DNA of 64,000 nucleotides from a plasmid: sequence record CP113993.1, one strand, 5' to 3'. Below, one piece after another: positions 48,808 through 58,234 of this stretch (position 1 is its first letter; each line of letters starts with the position of its first letter). A program made the translations under genes and the position numbers. The notes beneath the pieces were generated by a model. It ran no database searches. It worked only from the letters and a program-made list of their open reading frames with translations, and was not told the DNA's origin.

Positions 48808-50089
48808 AAATATGACCTTCTGAGGAATAACTGAAAGTACCGCCGTTTAATTCAAAATGGATATTGCTCAGACGAACGCCGGTATCCTGAAATAAAGGGA
48901 ACAACTCATCAGGATTTACAGGCGTTGATAAACTGAACTGATATTCTTTCCATTTCTGAACAGGGGCTGGTTCACCATCGTTACCTGGTAATGGTTCCGG
49001 TATGGCTATTTCATTAATGGCCGGCGTTAACTGTTTTTTCTGAAACCACGTGAACACCCGCATCAGTTGTTCTGAGGGGGCAGGGACTGCCTCATCCCTG
49101 CGGGGCAGGGAAGGCAGTGGCCGGGTTACAGAAGCCAGGCGTGCACCATCTTTAAGGTTAAAGTCAGGAATAACATTAAAGATTTCTTTGCTTCTTGCCA
49201 GAAAGCCTTCAATAGTTCCTCCTGGCTGTCGTTCGTAAATCAGTGTGAATGTCTCGGGAGTACATGTTCCACCGGTAAGTTTCCAGCCTTCTAGCGCGAC
49301 CGGTGATGGTTTTCGAAGGTCCGCGCAGGCTTTCAGAAAATCACTGATTACAGGTTGTGACGCCCATGGATGCGGGAGCTCCGGTGGTGGTTCGGGCTTT
49401 TTAAACTGTAATCTTGCCCGTGCAGCTATCTCCTCGGCGGTCGGTCCGACATCCGGCTCTGGCTGAGTCATCCAGAATACTGTGCCTGCGCCGGCTGCTA
49501 CTAAAAACAGTACGGCAGGCAGTGTGAATTTGCTGCGATTGCCGACAGTAAGTTTGCAACGGCGGAGGTCTGCTGATGATAACCGGGTAATAATACTTTC
49601 CCAGTTATCAGGATGTTCCAGAGACGATACAACCTGCCATTTTTCGGGGGGCTCTTCGTTCATCGCCAGAAAAAGGCTGACCTTTTGGGCAACATCGGCA
49701 TCATTTCCTGATAAGTCAGCCATAACGGCAGGCTGGCCATTAATGGAAGCAAGGAATAAGAGCTCCTTATCGCTGTACCGGAAGACACCGTATCCATTTC
49801 TGACCCATGAGCAGAAAGCCAGTGCCAGGGAAAAATAATGATTGCGTTCTGGCCTGGTCAGTATTCCTGTGCCGGTAAGGCGGCTGATCTTTCCACGGGA
49901 ATTTCTGCTGCCTACAGTCACTTTCAGGGAGGTAAGCCGTCTGGGTTTTACATGAGACTTGTGTTTATGATGTGAGGGGACGCGCTGTTTTTTTACGACA
50001 GGAGTCCATTTAAGACAGGCAGCCCACACGCGATGATTTACTTTAGGATCTGCGAGAAGCACTACCGGGTTGATATCTTCATCAGCCAT
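48794..50089 (-). CDS. pilO: pilus assembly protein PilO, 431 aa
   Basis: Operon context. One TM segment. Confidence 0.6.
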   Translation of the reverse strand: MADEDINPVVLLADPKVNHRVWAACLKWTPVVKKQRVPSHHKHKSHVKPRRLTSLKVTVGSRNSRGKISRLTGTGILTRPERNHYFSLALAFCSWVRNGYGVFRYSDKELLFLASINGQPAVMADLSGNDADVAQKVSLFLAMNEEPPEKWQVVSSLEHPDNWESIITRLSSADLRRCKLTVGNRSKFTLPAVLFLVAAGAGTVFWMTQPEPDVGPTAEEIAARARLQFKKPEPPPELPHPWASQPVISDFLKACADLRKPSPVALEGWKLTGGTCTPETFTLIYERQPGGTIEGFLARSKEIFNVIPDFNLKDGARLASVTRPLPSLPRRDEAVPAPSEQLMRVFTWFQKKQLTPAINEIAIPEPLPGNDGEPAPVQKWKEYQFSLSTPVNPDELFPLFQDTGVRLSNIHFELNGGTFSYSSEGHIYASR

Positions 50090-51764
50090 TATTGCCTCCT
50101 GACGGGAAAGTCGGGGTAATGATGATCACAAGCGTGCTGCGTTCATTTTTCCCGGTTTGTGAACCACCAAATAATGGATTTGCTGGCGTAAATGTACCGG
50201 CTTTACTTGTCGTCGTATTGTTCTGATCGAAACCAGTAACGACAAGTGATTGCCCTTCTTTCAGATTGACCTTCTGGCTCAGTGAACGCAGTTTGGTATA
50301 TGGCATTTCGATGTAACTGTTTCCGTCTTTTGACGTAAAGCTACGGATAGTTGGGGGATCAGACAGATTAAAGTTCATCTGCAACTGGAGATTGCCTGTT
50401 TTCTGAATTAAAGGCAGCAGGGTCATATTGAATCCAGTGGTGATCATGCCCGGTGTTAATGTTGTTGTTGCTCCTACATCCGTAGTCGTAGTTGTTGCTG
50501 ACTGGGCGACGTAAACTGTCTGATCTGCCATCTGGATAGGTACCGGCGTCAGGTTTGTGACAGTGCTTTCTTGTGAAGTTACAACGCTGACATCGCCTTG
50601 TTCACTCAGTGCTTTAATCAGAAGGCTGGAACCGCTGAATTTGGCGGCATTCCCTGTTGCCGTATCCAGAATTGATACGCCTGCAGATGTAGCGCCTGTA
50701 AAATCTCCGCTTGCATTGTTCAACGTTGCTCCGGCGGAATGTAGCGATTTATAAACAAGGTTCCAGTCCAGACCGAACTGTTCGTTTCTGGTATTGCTGA
50801 CGCTCAGAACCTGTACGTTCAGGGCTACCTGGCGGTTCATAATACTGTTTTGTTCGTCTACATATCGTGCGACGGCTTCCTGGACAGCTGGAGTATCAGT
50901 GACTGTCAGCGTTGAGCTCGATGCAGATAACCAGTAACGGCCTTTTTCTGGTGTCAGCATTGCTTCAATAGTTTTCCGGATATCTTCATACAGATCGTAT
51001 TCCTGACCAACGGTTGTGCTCTGAGAGGACGTTGCATCACCGGATGCTGAGTTATCCTGGCCTCCTGTTGCCCCCATTGTGCTTGTTGAGCCAGAGCTGA
51101 CACTGGAACTGCTGCTGGTTTTGGTGTTCAGCATATGAAGTGGATACGTTCTGGTTTCAGTCAGATAGAATACAATCCGACCATTATCCATGCGCCAGTA
51201 CAGACCACTCCGGCTGGCCATCAGATCCAGAAGACCATTGATATCTCCCTGCCACATGAGGTTATTCAGCGTTAATGGCTGAGTGGAGGTAGTCATTGTT
51301 GTGCTGCCCAGGCTGCTTAACGGTAGACGTCCATTTTCATCTGGTGCTGGTAGTGTTCCTGTCATCTGGCGGGTAGCGCCTCCTTCAAGAGTTGAATTGG
51401 CTGCGTCAGGCGTGATGATCACAGGGATGCCGCATACGGCAGTAATACGTTGCCCCAGTTCCTGCAGAGTGATCTCTCCTTTTCTTGCCTGCGTGATGTA
51501 GCAGGCTGGAGCTGTTTGTTTTTTCTCTCTTGATACCTGAGCGACCGGAACAGGGTTTATCCATTGATTATCGAGCCAGGTAAGAGCCTGCGATTTACGG
51601 GCCGAAAGGGCTGATACCTTTTCCCGTGCATGTGCTGAGTCTTCCTGTGCTTTTTTCTGCATTTTGTTGATTTCGCTGAAAGTACATCCGGAGATGGAAA
51701 GAGCGACGGCGATCATGCAGGGGAGCACCGCCAGCTTCATTGAACGCTGGTGTGATTTTTTCAT
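50082..51764 (-). CDS. pilN: secretin lipoprotein PilN, 560 aa
   Basis: Lipobox ISGCTF. Gly/Thr/Ser-rich secretin-like C-terminal domain. Confidence 0.8.
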   Translation of the reverse strand: MKKSHQRSMKLAVLPCMIAVALSISGCTFSEINKMQKKAQEDSAHAREKVSALSARKSQALTWLDNQWINPVPVAQVSREKKQTAPACYITQARKGEITLQELGQRITAVCGIPVIITPDAANSTLEGGATRQMTGTLPAPDENGRLPLSSLGSTTMTTSTQPLTLNNLMWQGDINGLLDLMASRSGLYWRMDNGRIVFYLTETRTYPLHMLNTKTSSSSSVSSGSTSTMGATGGQDNSASGDATSSQSTTVGQEYDLYEDIRKTIEAMLTPEKGRYWLSASSSTLTVTDTPAVQEAVARYVDEQNSIMNRQVALNVQVLSVSNTRNEQFGLDWNLVYKSLHSAGATLNNASGDFTGATSAGVSILDTATGNAAKFSGSSLLIKALSEQGDVSVVTSQESTVTNLTPVPIQMADQTVYVAQSATTTTTDVGATTTLTPGMITTGFNMTLLPLIQKTGNLQLQMNFNLSDPPTIRSFTSKDGNSYIEMPYTKLRSLSQKVNLKEGQSLVVTGFDQNNTTTSKAGTFTPANPLFGGSQTGKNERSTLVIIITPTFPSGGNNG

Positions 51765-51777
51765 GAATATATCCAGA

Positions 51778-52215
51778 TTAGTTAACGTAGACGACAGAAC
51801 CAGCAGTAATGCCTGCCGGGGGTGTCAGACCGGTTGCAGTTCCTGATAGCCAGGTGAGTTGCCCGTTTTGGAAGATCCCTATTAGTGCAGAACCACGACT
51901 TTTTGAACGCAAAGTTTCAACAAGTCCTGGTTGTTCAGGCATCCATACCCACAGACGCCCCTGTTGTAACTGATGTTTAATTCGGGAGTCCGGAGTGACA
52001 GGGAGAGCCAGTTTATCTGAGGAAATTACTCCGTCCTGCTGGCCTGATACGTATCTGATATCATTGATTCTATTAGCAATCATTAGTATCTGACTTGCCC
52101 ATACAGACGCACTTGCATATTGCTGGGCGTTTGTGGTTTCAGACATCTTCTGATTCTGGTAGCTACCAGTGATAATCAGAATGGTCAGGCCGACGGCCAT
52201 GACCAGCCATCCCAT
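51778..52215 (-). CDS. pilM: pilus assembly protein PilM, 145 aa
   Basis: N-terminal TM segment. Coupled to pilL. Confidence 0.55.
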   Translation of the reverse strand: MGWLVMAVGLTILIITGSYQNQKMSETTNAQQYASASVWASQILMIANRINDIRYVSGQQDGVISSDKLALPVTPDSRIKHQLQQGRLWVWMPEQPGLVETLRSKSRGSALIGIFQNGQLTWLSGTATGLTPPAGITAGSVVYVN

Positions 52216-53282
52216 TAGCGACCATCCCTTGTATCAGAAACTGTAATGATGCACTGCATGCGAGAAGCCTGTGCGTATAAAGGTTTTTGCGCAGTCCGAT
52301 ATAACTCAAATACCTGCTCCATGGCTGATTCAAATGATCCCCGGAACATCAAAGGCGCATCAAGACGGTAATCGGTTACAGAAAGTGGCCATATGACCAT
52401 CCAGTGCGTTGATGCCATGCTTTCGCATTTTGTTTCTTCTGCCCACTTAATAATGTTTTCCCTTAATGTAGTGCCTGCCGGCGCACGCCACTCTTTACCC
52501 TGAGATACCGGTTTGACAGGTGTCCCGGTCATGAGTGGGATAGACTTGACTGTAGAGCCGGTCGGAGTCGGGATTGCTGCGGGCGTAGACGGAGATACGC
52601 TGTTTCCCCTGAATGGGTTTCGTGGTTTGTTCTGGCTATTTGCTGTCGTTGAAGACTCCGGGGAAGTGGATGTGGTTACCATGGCTGCTGGCGAGATAGT
52701 GGTTGCCGTGTCCTGTGCCGGTGCAGCAGCCGATGTTGTGACGGTCAACGTTTTATTATCCCAGTCCAGATGGCCCCAGAGGTGTTGTTCTTCCAGCAAC
52801 CGGTTCAGAGAACGGGTCCACTGATCATTGGCAGACCATGAAACCAGTTTGGTATTCAGTTTGGGCGTGGCTGCATTCTCTTGTCTGAATTTCCATCCTT
52901 CCGGTAGTAATGTTTTTATCCACTGACTGACGGTCCGGTTACGGGCCGTCGGCGATAGTGTTACAGGGGTGCTACCAGGCTTGCCTGTAATGATTAACCG
53001 GGAGAAATTCTGACTTATTGTTGGTGAAGGTAACGGTCGGGATTCGCTTACTGGCTGTGCTGTTTTTACTGTCTCTGGCACGCTGACTCTCGGGGGCGGA
53101 GTTATTTTAGGTGGAGAAAGTCGTTGTTGCGTAAGTGCCAGGACGCCAGCACTCTCACTGATTTGTCCGTCAACAAAAACCAGAGCAGGCGTATCTGATG
53201 GTGCCACGTTATTGCCGCCGGAAATTCCGGCACAGCCGGACAATAATGACGGCAGTATAAGTGTCAGATAGTTTTTTTTCAT
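52215..53282 (-). CDS. pilL: pilus assembly lipoprotein PilL, 355 aa
   Basis: Lipobox LLSGCAG. Pro/Thr-rich linker. Confidence 0.65.
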   Translation of the reverse strand: MKKNYLTLILPSLLSGCAGISGGNNVAPSDTPALVFVDGQISESAGVLALTQQRLSPPKITPPPRVSVPETVKTAQPVSESRPLPSPTISQNFSRLIITGKPGSTPVTLSPTARNRTVSQWIKTLLPEGWKFRQENAATPKLNTKLVSWSANDQWTRSLNRLLEEQHLWGHLDWDNKTLTVTTSAAAPAQDTATTISPAAMVTTSTSPESSTTANSQNKPRNPFRGNSVSPSTPAAIPTPTGSTVKSIPLMTGTPVKPVSQGKEWRAPAGTTLRENIIKWAEETKCESMASTHWMVIWPLSVTDYRLDAPLMFRGSFESAMEQVFELYRTAQKPLYAQASRMQCIITVSDTRDGR

Positions 53283-53610
53283 AACGGAGACTCCGTGTTC
53301 GTATATACGTGTTTGTTAGTTAATGCGGACTTTAAGTAAGGGTTCATTATTTTATGTGCAATTGGATGGGTAATGTATACCGGTATTGAGAGAATTACTC
53401 CTGAATGTCCCGTTTTAGTCGCATTCAGAAGTCTGCTTGGGTCTTTAATATTGTTGATTAGTATTTTCATTATTCTATCTTTTGAATTTTAATGTTGCAT
53501 GTTATTTTAAAGGTGAGGTTGTGGATAGCCAATTAAGCCAGTGTTTTGGGATTTTTTGTGAAAATAAAAATCCTGTTTATGAGCATTCTTTTTATATCTA
53601 AATGTATTTT

Positions 53611-54204
53611 TTAATTGGTGTGGTGGGTCTGGAGAGGACGAATGACGACTGTCATTCCGTCCGAATGCAAATGCGGGAAAGACCACTGAAACAAGAGATA
53701 TATAAAAGGAATTGATAATTTTTCGTACAGACTTGTTTTCCGTGGGTATGTAATAACTGAAAAACTCAAATCATAAGATTCCAGTCTCTTTATAAGTTTA
53801 TTTATTCTTGCTGGAGTAAAGAGATGTGAATGCATGACAATGATTTCATCATTATTAATTGCTTTTGATATCAGAGAAAGCAATACATCCCAGTGTTTCC
53901 TCATTGACTTCGGGCAACGTGTGTCAGCATAGGGGCTAAGATGTATAGTTGATTTCTTGCTTCCCTTTTTCTTCTTCACAAAGAATGTGAAGTCGTATTT
54001 AGATGCAGACCTTACAATAAGAAGTACACATCTGAAAAGTAGTGGGAAAATGCAAATCACAACCACCACACAGAAATATAACATATAAGGCAATGATAAG
54101 TTGTCAGTGTATGGATAACGTAAGTATTGCCATGGGGTAGTGATGTACAGACAAAGCGTACACCAAAGCAACCAGAGATATAATGGCGCGTTATTATTTT
54201 TCAT
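53611..54204 (-). CDS. pilK: pilus operon protein PilK, 197 aa
   Basis: Membrane ORF at the correct position. AT-rich. Confidence 0.45.
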   Translation of the reverse strand: MKNNNAPLYLWLLWCTLCLYITTPWQYLRYPYTDNLSLPYMLYFCVVVVICIFPLLFRCVLLIVRSASKYDFTFFVKKKKGSKKSTIHLSPYADTRCPKSMRKHWDVLLSLISKAINNDEIIVMHSHLFTPARINKLIKRLESYDLSFSVITYPRKTSLYEKLSIPFIYLLFQWSFPHLHSDGMTVVIRPLQTHHTN

Positions 54205-54253
54205 GTTGGCTGAGGCAGGCGACTAAAATAACAGACTAAGGAGGATTAACTGT

Positions 54254-54514
54254 TTAATTCTTTGGAACAAAAAAATGCAGTTCCTGATTATCACACACCA
54301 TTATTTCCACAGGCTTACCATTTTTATCCAGTAAATTTGGATTGGTTTCAAATGATTTGCAGTTGTTTTTACTTTTAAATGAATCAAGGTACAGGGTATT
54401 AATGTCAGATTCGTCATCTGTTGTTTCTCTTGAAATCAGGTACTGTATTGCAGTAAATATCCCCACACAGAAAATTGTGATTAGGACAACATAATAAACA
54501 ATTATTTTGGTCAT
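54254..54514 (-). CDS. pilJ: small membrane protein PilJ, 86 aa
   Basis: Small TM ORF. Confidence 0.4.
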   Translation of the reverse strand: MTKIIVYYVVLITIFCVGIFTAIQYLISRETTDDESDINTLYLDSFKSKNNCKSFETNPNLLDKNGKPVEIMVCDNQELHFFVPKN

Positions 54515-54517
54515 TGA

Positions 54518-54778
54518 TTATTCTCCGTACAGAAGTCCATCACGGTTAGGGTCGAGTTTTTTCCAGTGGACAGAGCCATCGTTGCATGTCCAGGCCTCCT
54601 GGGCAGGACGGGTGAATATTAAACCGGGTTCAGATTCACGGGAGTCCGTCACGGTGCACTGGTGTTCTTGTCTGTATTGTTTCCAGCGAGCATCGTCTAA
54701 TAACTGGATGCAGTACGCCAGAAGGATGAGCACTCCGGCACAGGAAAAGAATAAACATTTTGCTTCGGTTGCGTTCAT
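54518..54778 (-). CDS. pilI: small protein PilI, 86 aa
   Basis: Small TM ORF at the head of the pil operon. Confidence 0.4.
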   Translation of the reverse strand: MNATEAKCLFFSCAGVLILLAYCIQLLDDARWKQYRQEHQCTVTDSRESEPGLIFTRPAQEAWTCNDGSVHWKKLDPNRDGLLYGE

Positions 54779-55200
54779 GATAGCCAGTCCTGTAGATGCT
54801 GATGGCGGGAGCTGCTGCCCTTGTGCCAGCGGCAGTGGCTGCCGGGAGCACGCTCCAGTCGGAACAGAAATCGGTTGTCGCGTAGTACCACCACGAGACA
54901 GTTATCCGGCGTGCAGAAACGTCGGGCAAGCTCATCGGGGTCTGTCGGTGTTTTCGTTGAAAACAGCCTGCGTTTGCAGTGTGCGTCGACGACCAGTATT
55001 TGCAGTCGTCCGGGATGTTGCTGTGGCATCAAAGACTCCTTCCGGAACGGGAAAAGAAGCAGCTGTACCGTCATAACTGCACGTACCGGTTGCGAAAAAA
55101 CGGCACAAGCGAGTAGTGACAGAAAGAATGTCGGAAACGGCAGGAAGGGCGGTACAGGCTGCGAAGACTGGAAACGGGGTATGTCGGGGATTACACATCC

Positions 55201-55884
55201 TCAGTGTAATGTGATAGTCGTCTGCTCCTGTGTTGCACCCCAGACATCTTCTGGCAGGCTGGGCAGCCCGATAAATAGGGTGTGAAAGAGGGTTTCTCTG
55301 CGTTCGATCCCGAATTGATGTTCGTATCCTCTCACCACCTGAAATCCTTCGTCGGAGAATATTAACTCTGCCGTTTCCAGAAGCTGCATAGTTTTGCGGT
55401 GTAGTGGAGTGATCAGCTGCAACGTAACTGGTGCCCTCATATCGCCTGTCGGTAGAAAACACTCTTCGGTGCGACTTAGTTGTAGCAGATGACGTTTCCC
55501 GGAACAGGCCCGTTCAATGGATTCATTGAACACCCTCTCAGGCCATGGGCAGACATATGTGCGCCAGCCTGCTTTCTGTAATTTACCCAGTGCAGCCCGA
55601 AAACGAAACAACGGACATTCCCCGACAGTGGCAGAGCTGAGAAAGAGCGTATTCAGCGTTCCGATGATGGGAATATTGCGATCTTTTTCGGTCAATGCTT
55701 TTAACGCCATGATTTCGCCAGGGAGACTACGGAACTCAGGATGTCTGCTGGCACCAGAAAGCCATTCAAGCAGGTAATGCCGTAATCCGGTTTCACTGGT
55801 TATATTGTGGTTTTCCTGTGCCGTTTTCAGGGCATTCAGTGCACACCAGAGCAACTGGCGCACGGGATGTTCTGTCGTGGTCAT
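55201..55884 (-). CDS. traC: TraC-like positive regulator of the transfer genes, 227 aa
   Basis: ORF upstream of pilI. Position equivalent to the R64 traABCD regulatory block. Confidence 0.4.
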   Translation of the reverse strand: MTTTEHPVRQLLWCALNALKTAQENHNITSETGLRHYLLEWLSGASRHPEFRSLPGEIMALKALTEKDRNIPIIGTLNTLFLSSATVGECPLFRFRAALGKLQKAGWRTYVCPWPERVFNESIERACSGKRHLLQLSRTEECFLPTGDMRAPVTLQLITPLHRKTMQLLETAELIFSDEGFQVVRGYEHQFGIERRETLFHTLFIGLPSLPEDVWGATQEQTTITLH

Positions 55885-56136
55885 GCGAATGTCCTACTGT
55901 GAGATGAAAAGAAGACCGGTATCCGCTCTCTCCGCCACACGTGATGGCACGGGCCGGCCTTTGATAAAACGAATCAATACTCTGGGGTGAAGCCTTTTAT
56001 TTCTTTCGCCATTAAGAAATACACGATTCCATCAAAAGACAGGGGGAGTCCATGGTGGGGATGGCTTCGTGCAGGCTTCACTCCAGAATATTCTCTGAAT
56101 TGAAAAAAGCCCGGCCCGAAGGCCGGGAAATACTGG

Positions 56137-56691
56137 CTATGGGATGTTTACAAGGCGCTCCATAAAGCCGTGATGTTCGGCATTTGATACCAGTTCCAGG
56201 AGCAGGGATATCCTCGACTCAGGCTGGAGAGTATTTTCCATTCTGAGGAGATACTGATATTGTGCTTTTGTCAGCCATATGCTGGAAGCCGCATTCAGCT
56301 CTTCCCTGGCTCCCGGATTTAGCACAGGGTCCGGGTAAATCTTCATTAATCCATCAACAATATCTTTATTGACGGGTTTTATTTCACCGCCAAACTTCAC
56401 GAAATCAATGAAGGCGCTATGGCGACGTAATGCCGATACTGGTTGAATGTCAAAATTAGCCAGAATAAAAAAGTACCCTGGAAAAATAGCGAATATTCTT
56501 TCACGGTAACAGCGCCTGGAGTCTGCCCGTCTTATCTTTCTTGTTATTAATGGAGTCCATGGTACGACGTTTTGCTCATTCAGCCATGAGAATAAAGATT
56601 CTCTGTTTTTGCCGGCTGTATTATATTGCGCAAGATACCAGTTCCGGTTATTCAGGTGTTCTATATTCACGAAGTTCAACGCTCCGCGCAA
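56137..56691 (-). CDS. traB: RfaH/NusG-paralogue transcription antiterminator (TraB/ActX-like); start uncertain among TTG 56691, an internal TTG and GTG
   Basis: NGN domain pattern NWYLAQYNTAGKNRE...FPGYFFILANFD, followed by a KOW-like C-terminus. Confidence 0.65.
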   Translation of the reverse strand: MRGALNFVNIEHLNNRNWYLAQYNTAGKNRESLFSWLNEQNVVPWTPLITRKIRRADSRRCYRERIFAIFPGYFFILANFDIQPVSALRRHSAFIDFVKFGGEIKPVNKDIVDGLMKIYPDPVLNPGAREELNAASSIWLTKAQYQYLLRMENTLQPESRISLLLELVSNAEHHGFMERLVNIP

Positions 56692-56815
56692 AACCGATCC
56701 ATGATGGACGATTTTGCGATGTCAGGCGAATATGCTAAATCATATGTCTGAAGCAGTGTCCAGCCCATATCTGGATAAACTGCAGTTCTGACAGGCATAT
56801 AACCAGCAGACTCTA
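56676..56815 (-). repeat. ~145-bp leader repeat, copy 2, overlapping the traB start
   Basis: AACGCTCCGCGCAAAACCGATCCATGATGG...CTGCAGTTCTGACAGGCA. In minus-strand sense it carries the uORF MDRFCAER. Confidence 0.55.
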
Positions 56816-57111
56816 GTACGTTCTGTATCGGTGATTTGGCGAACTCACAGATAAAGAACGGCTAAGCACTAATATCAGCAATACAGTGGCACAGTATTGT
56901 GATACGCGAAATAAAACATCAGCACGTCAGTTCAGAGTAAGATCGCCATATATCGGGCATGAGCCAGATACAAATAACTGGGACACCGTCTGAAGTGATT
57001 TGCTTTATTAAAGTAACTTGTGCTTGGTGTTTATGTTTATCAATTTGGGATCGCCTGTAAAGTGCAAAATGCAATTTCCATGAAAGTGTCCCCTTTAATG
57101 GGGACACCTGT

Positions 57112-57399
57112 TCACATTTTTTCGTTTTCTTTAGCTGTATTGCTAATCATGAAAACGAAAGTTCGCATCAGCACAGCAGAGCGAAGTGCATCATATCCTT
57201 CCAGATTTAAATTCTTCAGGCTTCGCTTCAGGTAGGTTCGTACCGTTTCGGGAGAAAGCCGACAGTTCTGAGCAATGGCGTCGTAAGGAACACCCATTGC
57301 GTAAAAAACGCAGACTTTAAGCTGGTTTGTTGATAGCTCGGGAAACATGCCTTCCAACAGAGTGATGGCCGGGAGTTTCTGTATCAGTTGAGGTGACAT
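57112..57399 (-). CDS. LuxR/GerE-type HTH transcriptional regulator, ~95 aa from the ATG at 57399
   Basis: LSTNQLKVCVFYAMGVPYDAIAQNCRLSPETVRTYLKRSL is a canonical LuxR-family HTH. GGAG lies 10 nt upstream of the ATG. Confidence 0.6.
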   Translation of the reverse strand: MSPQLIQKLPAITLLEGMFPELSTNQLKVCVFYAMGVPYDAIAQNCRLSPETVRTYLKRSLKNLNLEGYDALRSAVLMRTFVFMISNTAKENEKM

Positions 57400-57428
57400 A
57401 GCAAAGGTCTCCGATGACAACTAAAAAC

Positions 57429-57470
57429 GCTATCACCGAGTTCCTACGCTCATTGGTGATAGCCCAGACG
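57429..57470 (-). terminator. intrinsic terminator/attenuator hairpin (9-bp stem GCTATCACC/GGTGATAGC followed by a T-run) in the leader of the LuxR-type gene
   Basis: Perfect inverted repeat plus GTTTTTAG in the minus-strand sense. Confidence 0.45.
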
Positions 57471-57737
57471 GGGGTAGGAATACCGGCGTCATCGGAAACC
57501 GGCCAGGCTAATGCCTGCCCCGCCTGAGCTACCATAGATGACGACAAGAAATACAAGTTCCTGTCTTTATGGTATGGCAAAAAACGACGCCAAATGAAGA
57601 AATTAACTTCTGCGCCGACGATGACTACGCGGGTTCCTACGCCCGATCACAGTTTTGCCTGTGACCAGTAAAGGGTACTTAGTATAACGCACCGAGTCAA
57701 CTAACAGCTTAAAAAACATACAAAAAAGCGTCAAAAC

Positions 57738-57885
57738 TTAACGCTCCGCGCCGAAGCGATCCAGGCATGATGCTTCTGCTTTGTGGCGTTCGAACATGCT
57801 GGTCCATATGCACGAAACGGTGTCTGACCCTCGTCCAGACAATCCGCAGTTCTGACGAACATATGAACAAATATGCTCTTGTAGA
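57738..57885 (-). repeat. ~145-bp leader repeat, copy 3
   Basis: AACGCTCCGCGCCGAAGCGATCCAGGCATGATG...CGCAGTTCTGACGAACA. Confidence 0.5.
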
Positions 57886-58196
57886 GGCTGTTGTTACACA
57901 ATTGGCGGGTTGTGTAACAAATGGTTTTATCATCTAAGAATTATTCTATTTACGATCGAATGATCTACAAAATGATTTTTTAAAGGTTTTTTAGATCGTT
58001 TAATTGCATTAAAACAGAATATTATTCTGTTAGGTGGATCGGTTGTAAGATAAATGATCGTGAGTAGGACAAAAGTCGATCTTTTAATCCAAAAGAAGGA
58101 TCTAAAGCAGAAAAATCTGCTTTTAAAAATAGATTTTATTTTTTTGACGCAGGTCAAGATTAACTTATTAGAGGTATCAGTGAGGAGGCACTGGAA

Positions 58197-58234
58197 GGGG
58201 AGCCCGCAGAATTCGGAAAAAATCGTACGCTAAG
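58197..58234. mobile_element. Tn1721/Tn3-family 38-bp terminal inverted repeat (transposon boundary)
   Basis: GGGGAGCCCGCAGAATTCGGAAAAAATCGTACGCTAAG, read directly. It abuts the tnpA 3' end. Confidence 0.8.

Noticed and set aside
53279-53610. Small ORF 53279..53470 and AT-rich sequence upstream of pilL
   Set aside because: This is most simply the pilK-pilL intergenic/promoter region. The ORF has no support.
57930-58157. 75-aa minus-strand ORF in AT-rich DNA beside the Tn1721 IR
   Set aside because: Extremely AT-rich and Lys/Phe/Ile-rich. It is likely non-coding target DNA for the transposon.
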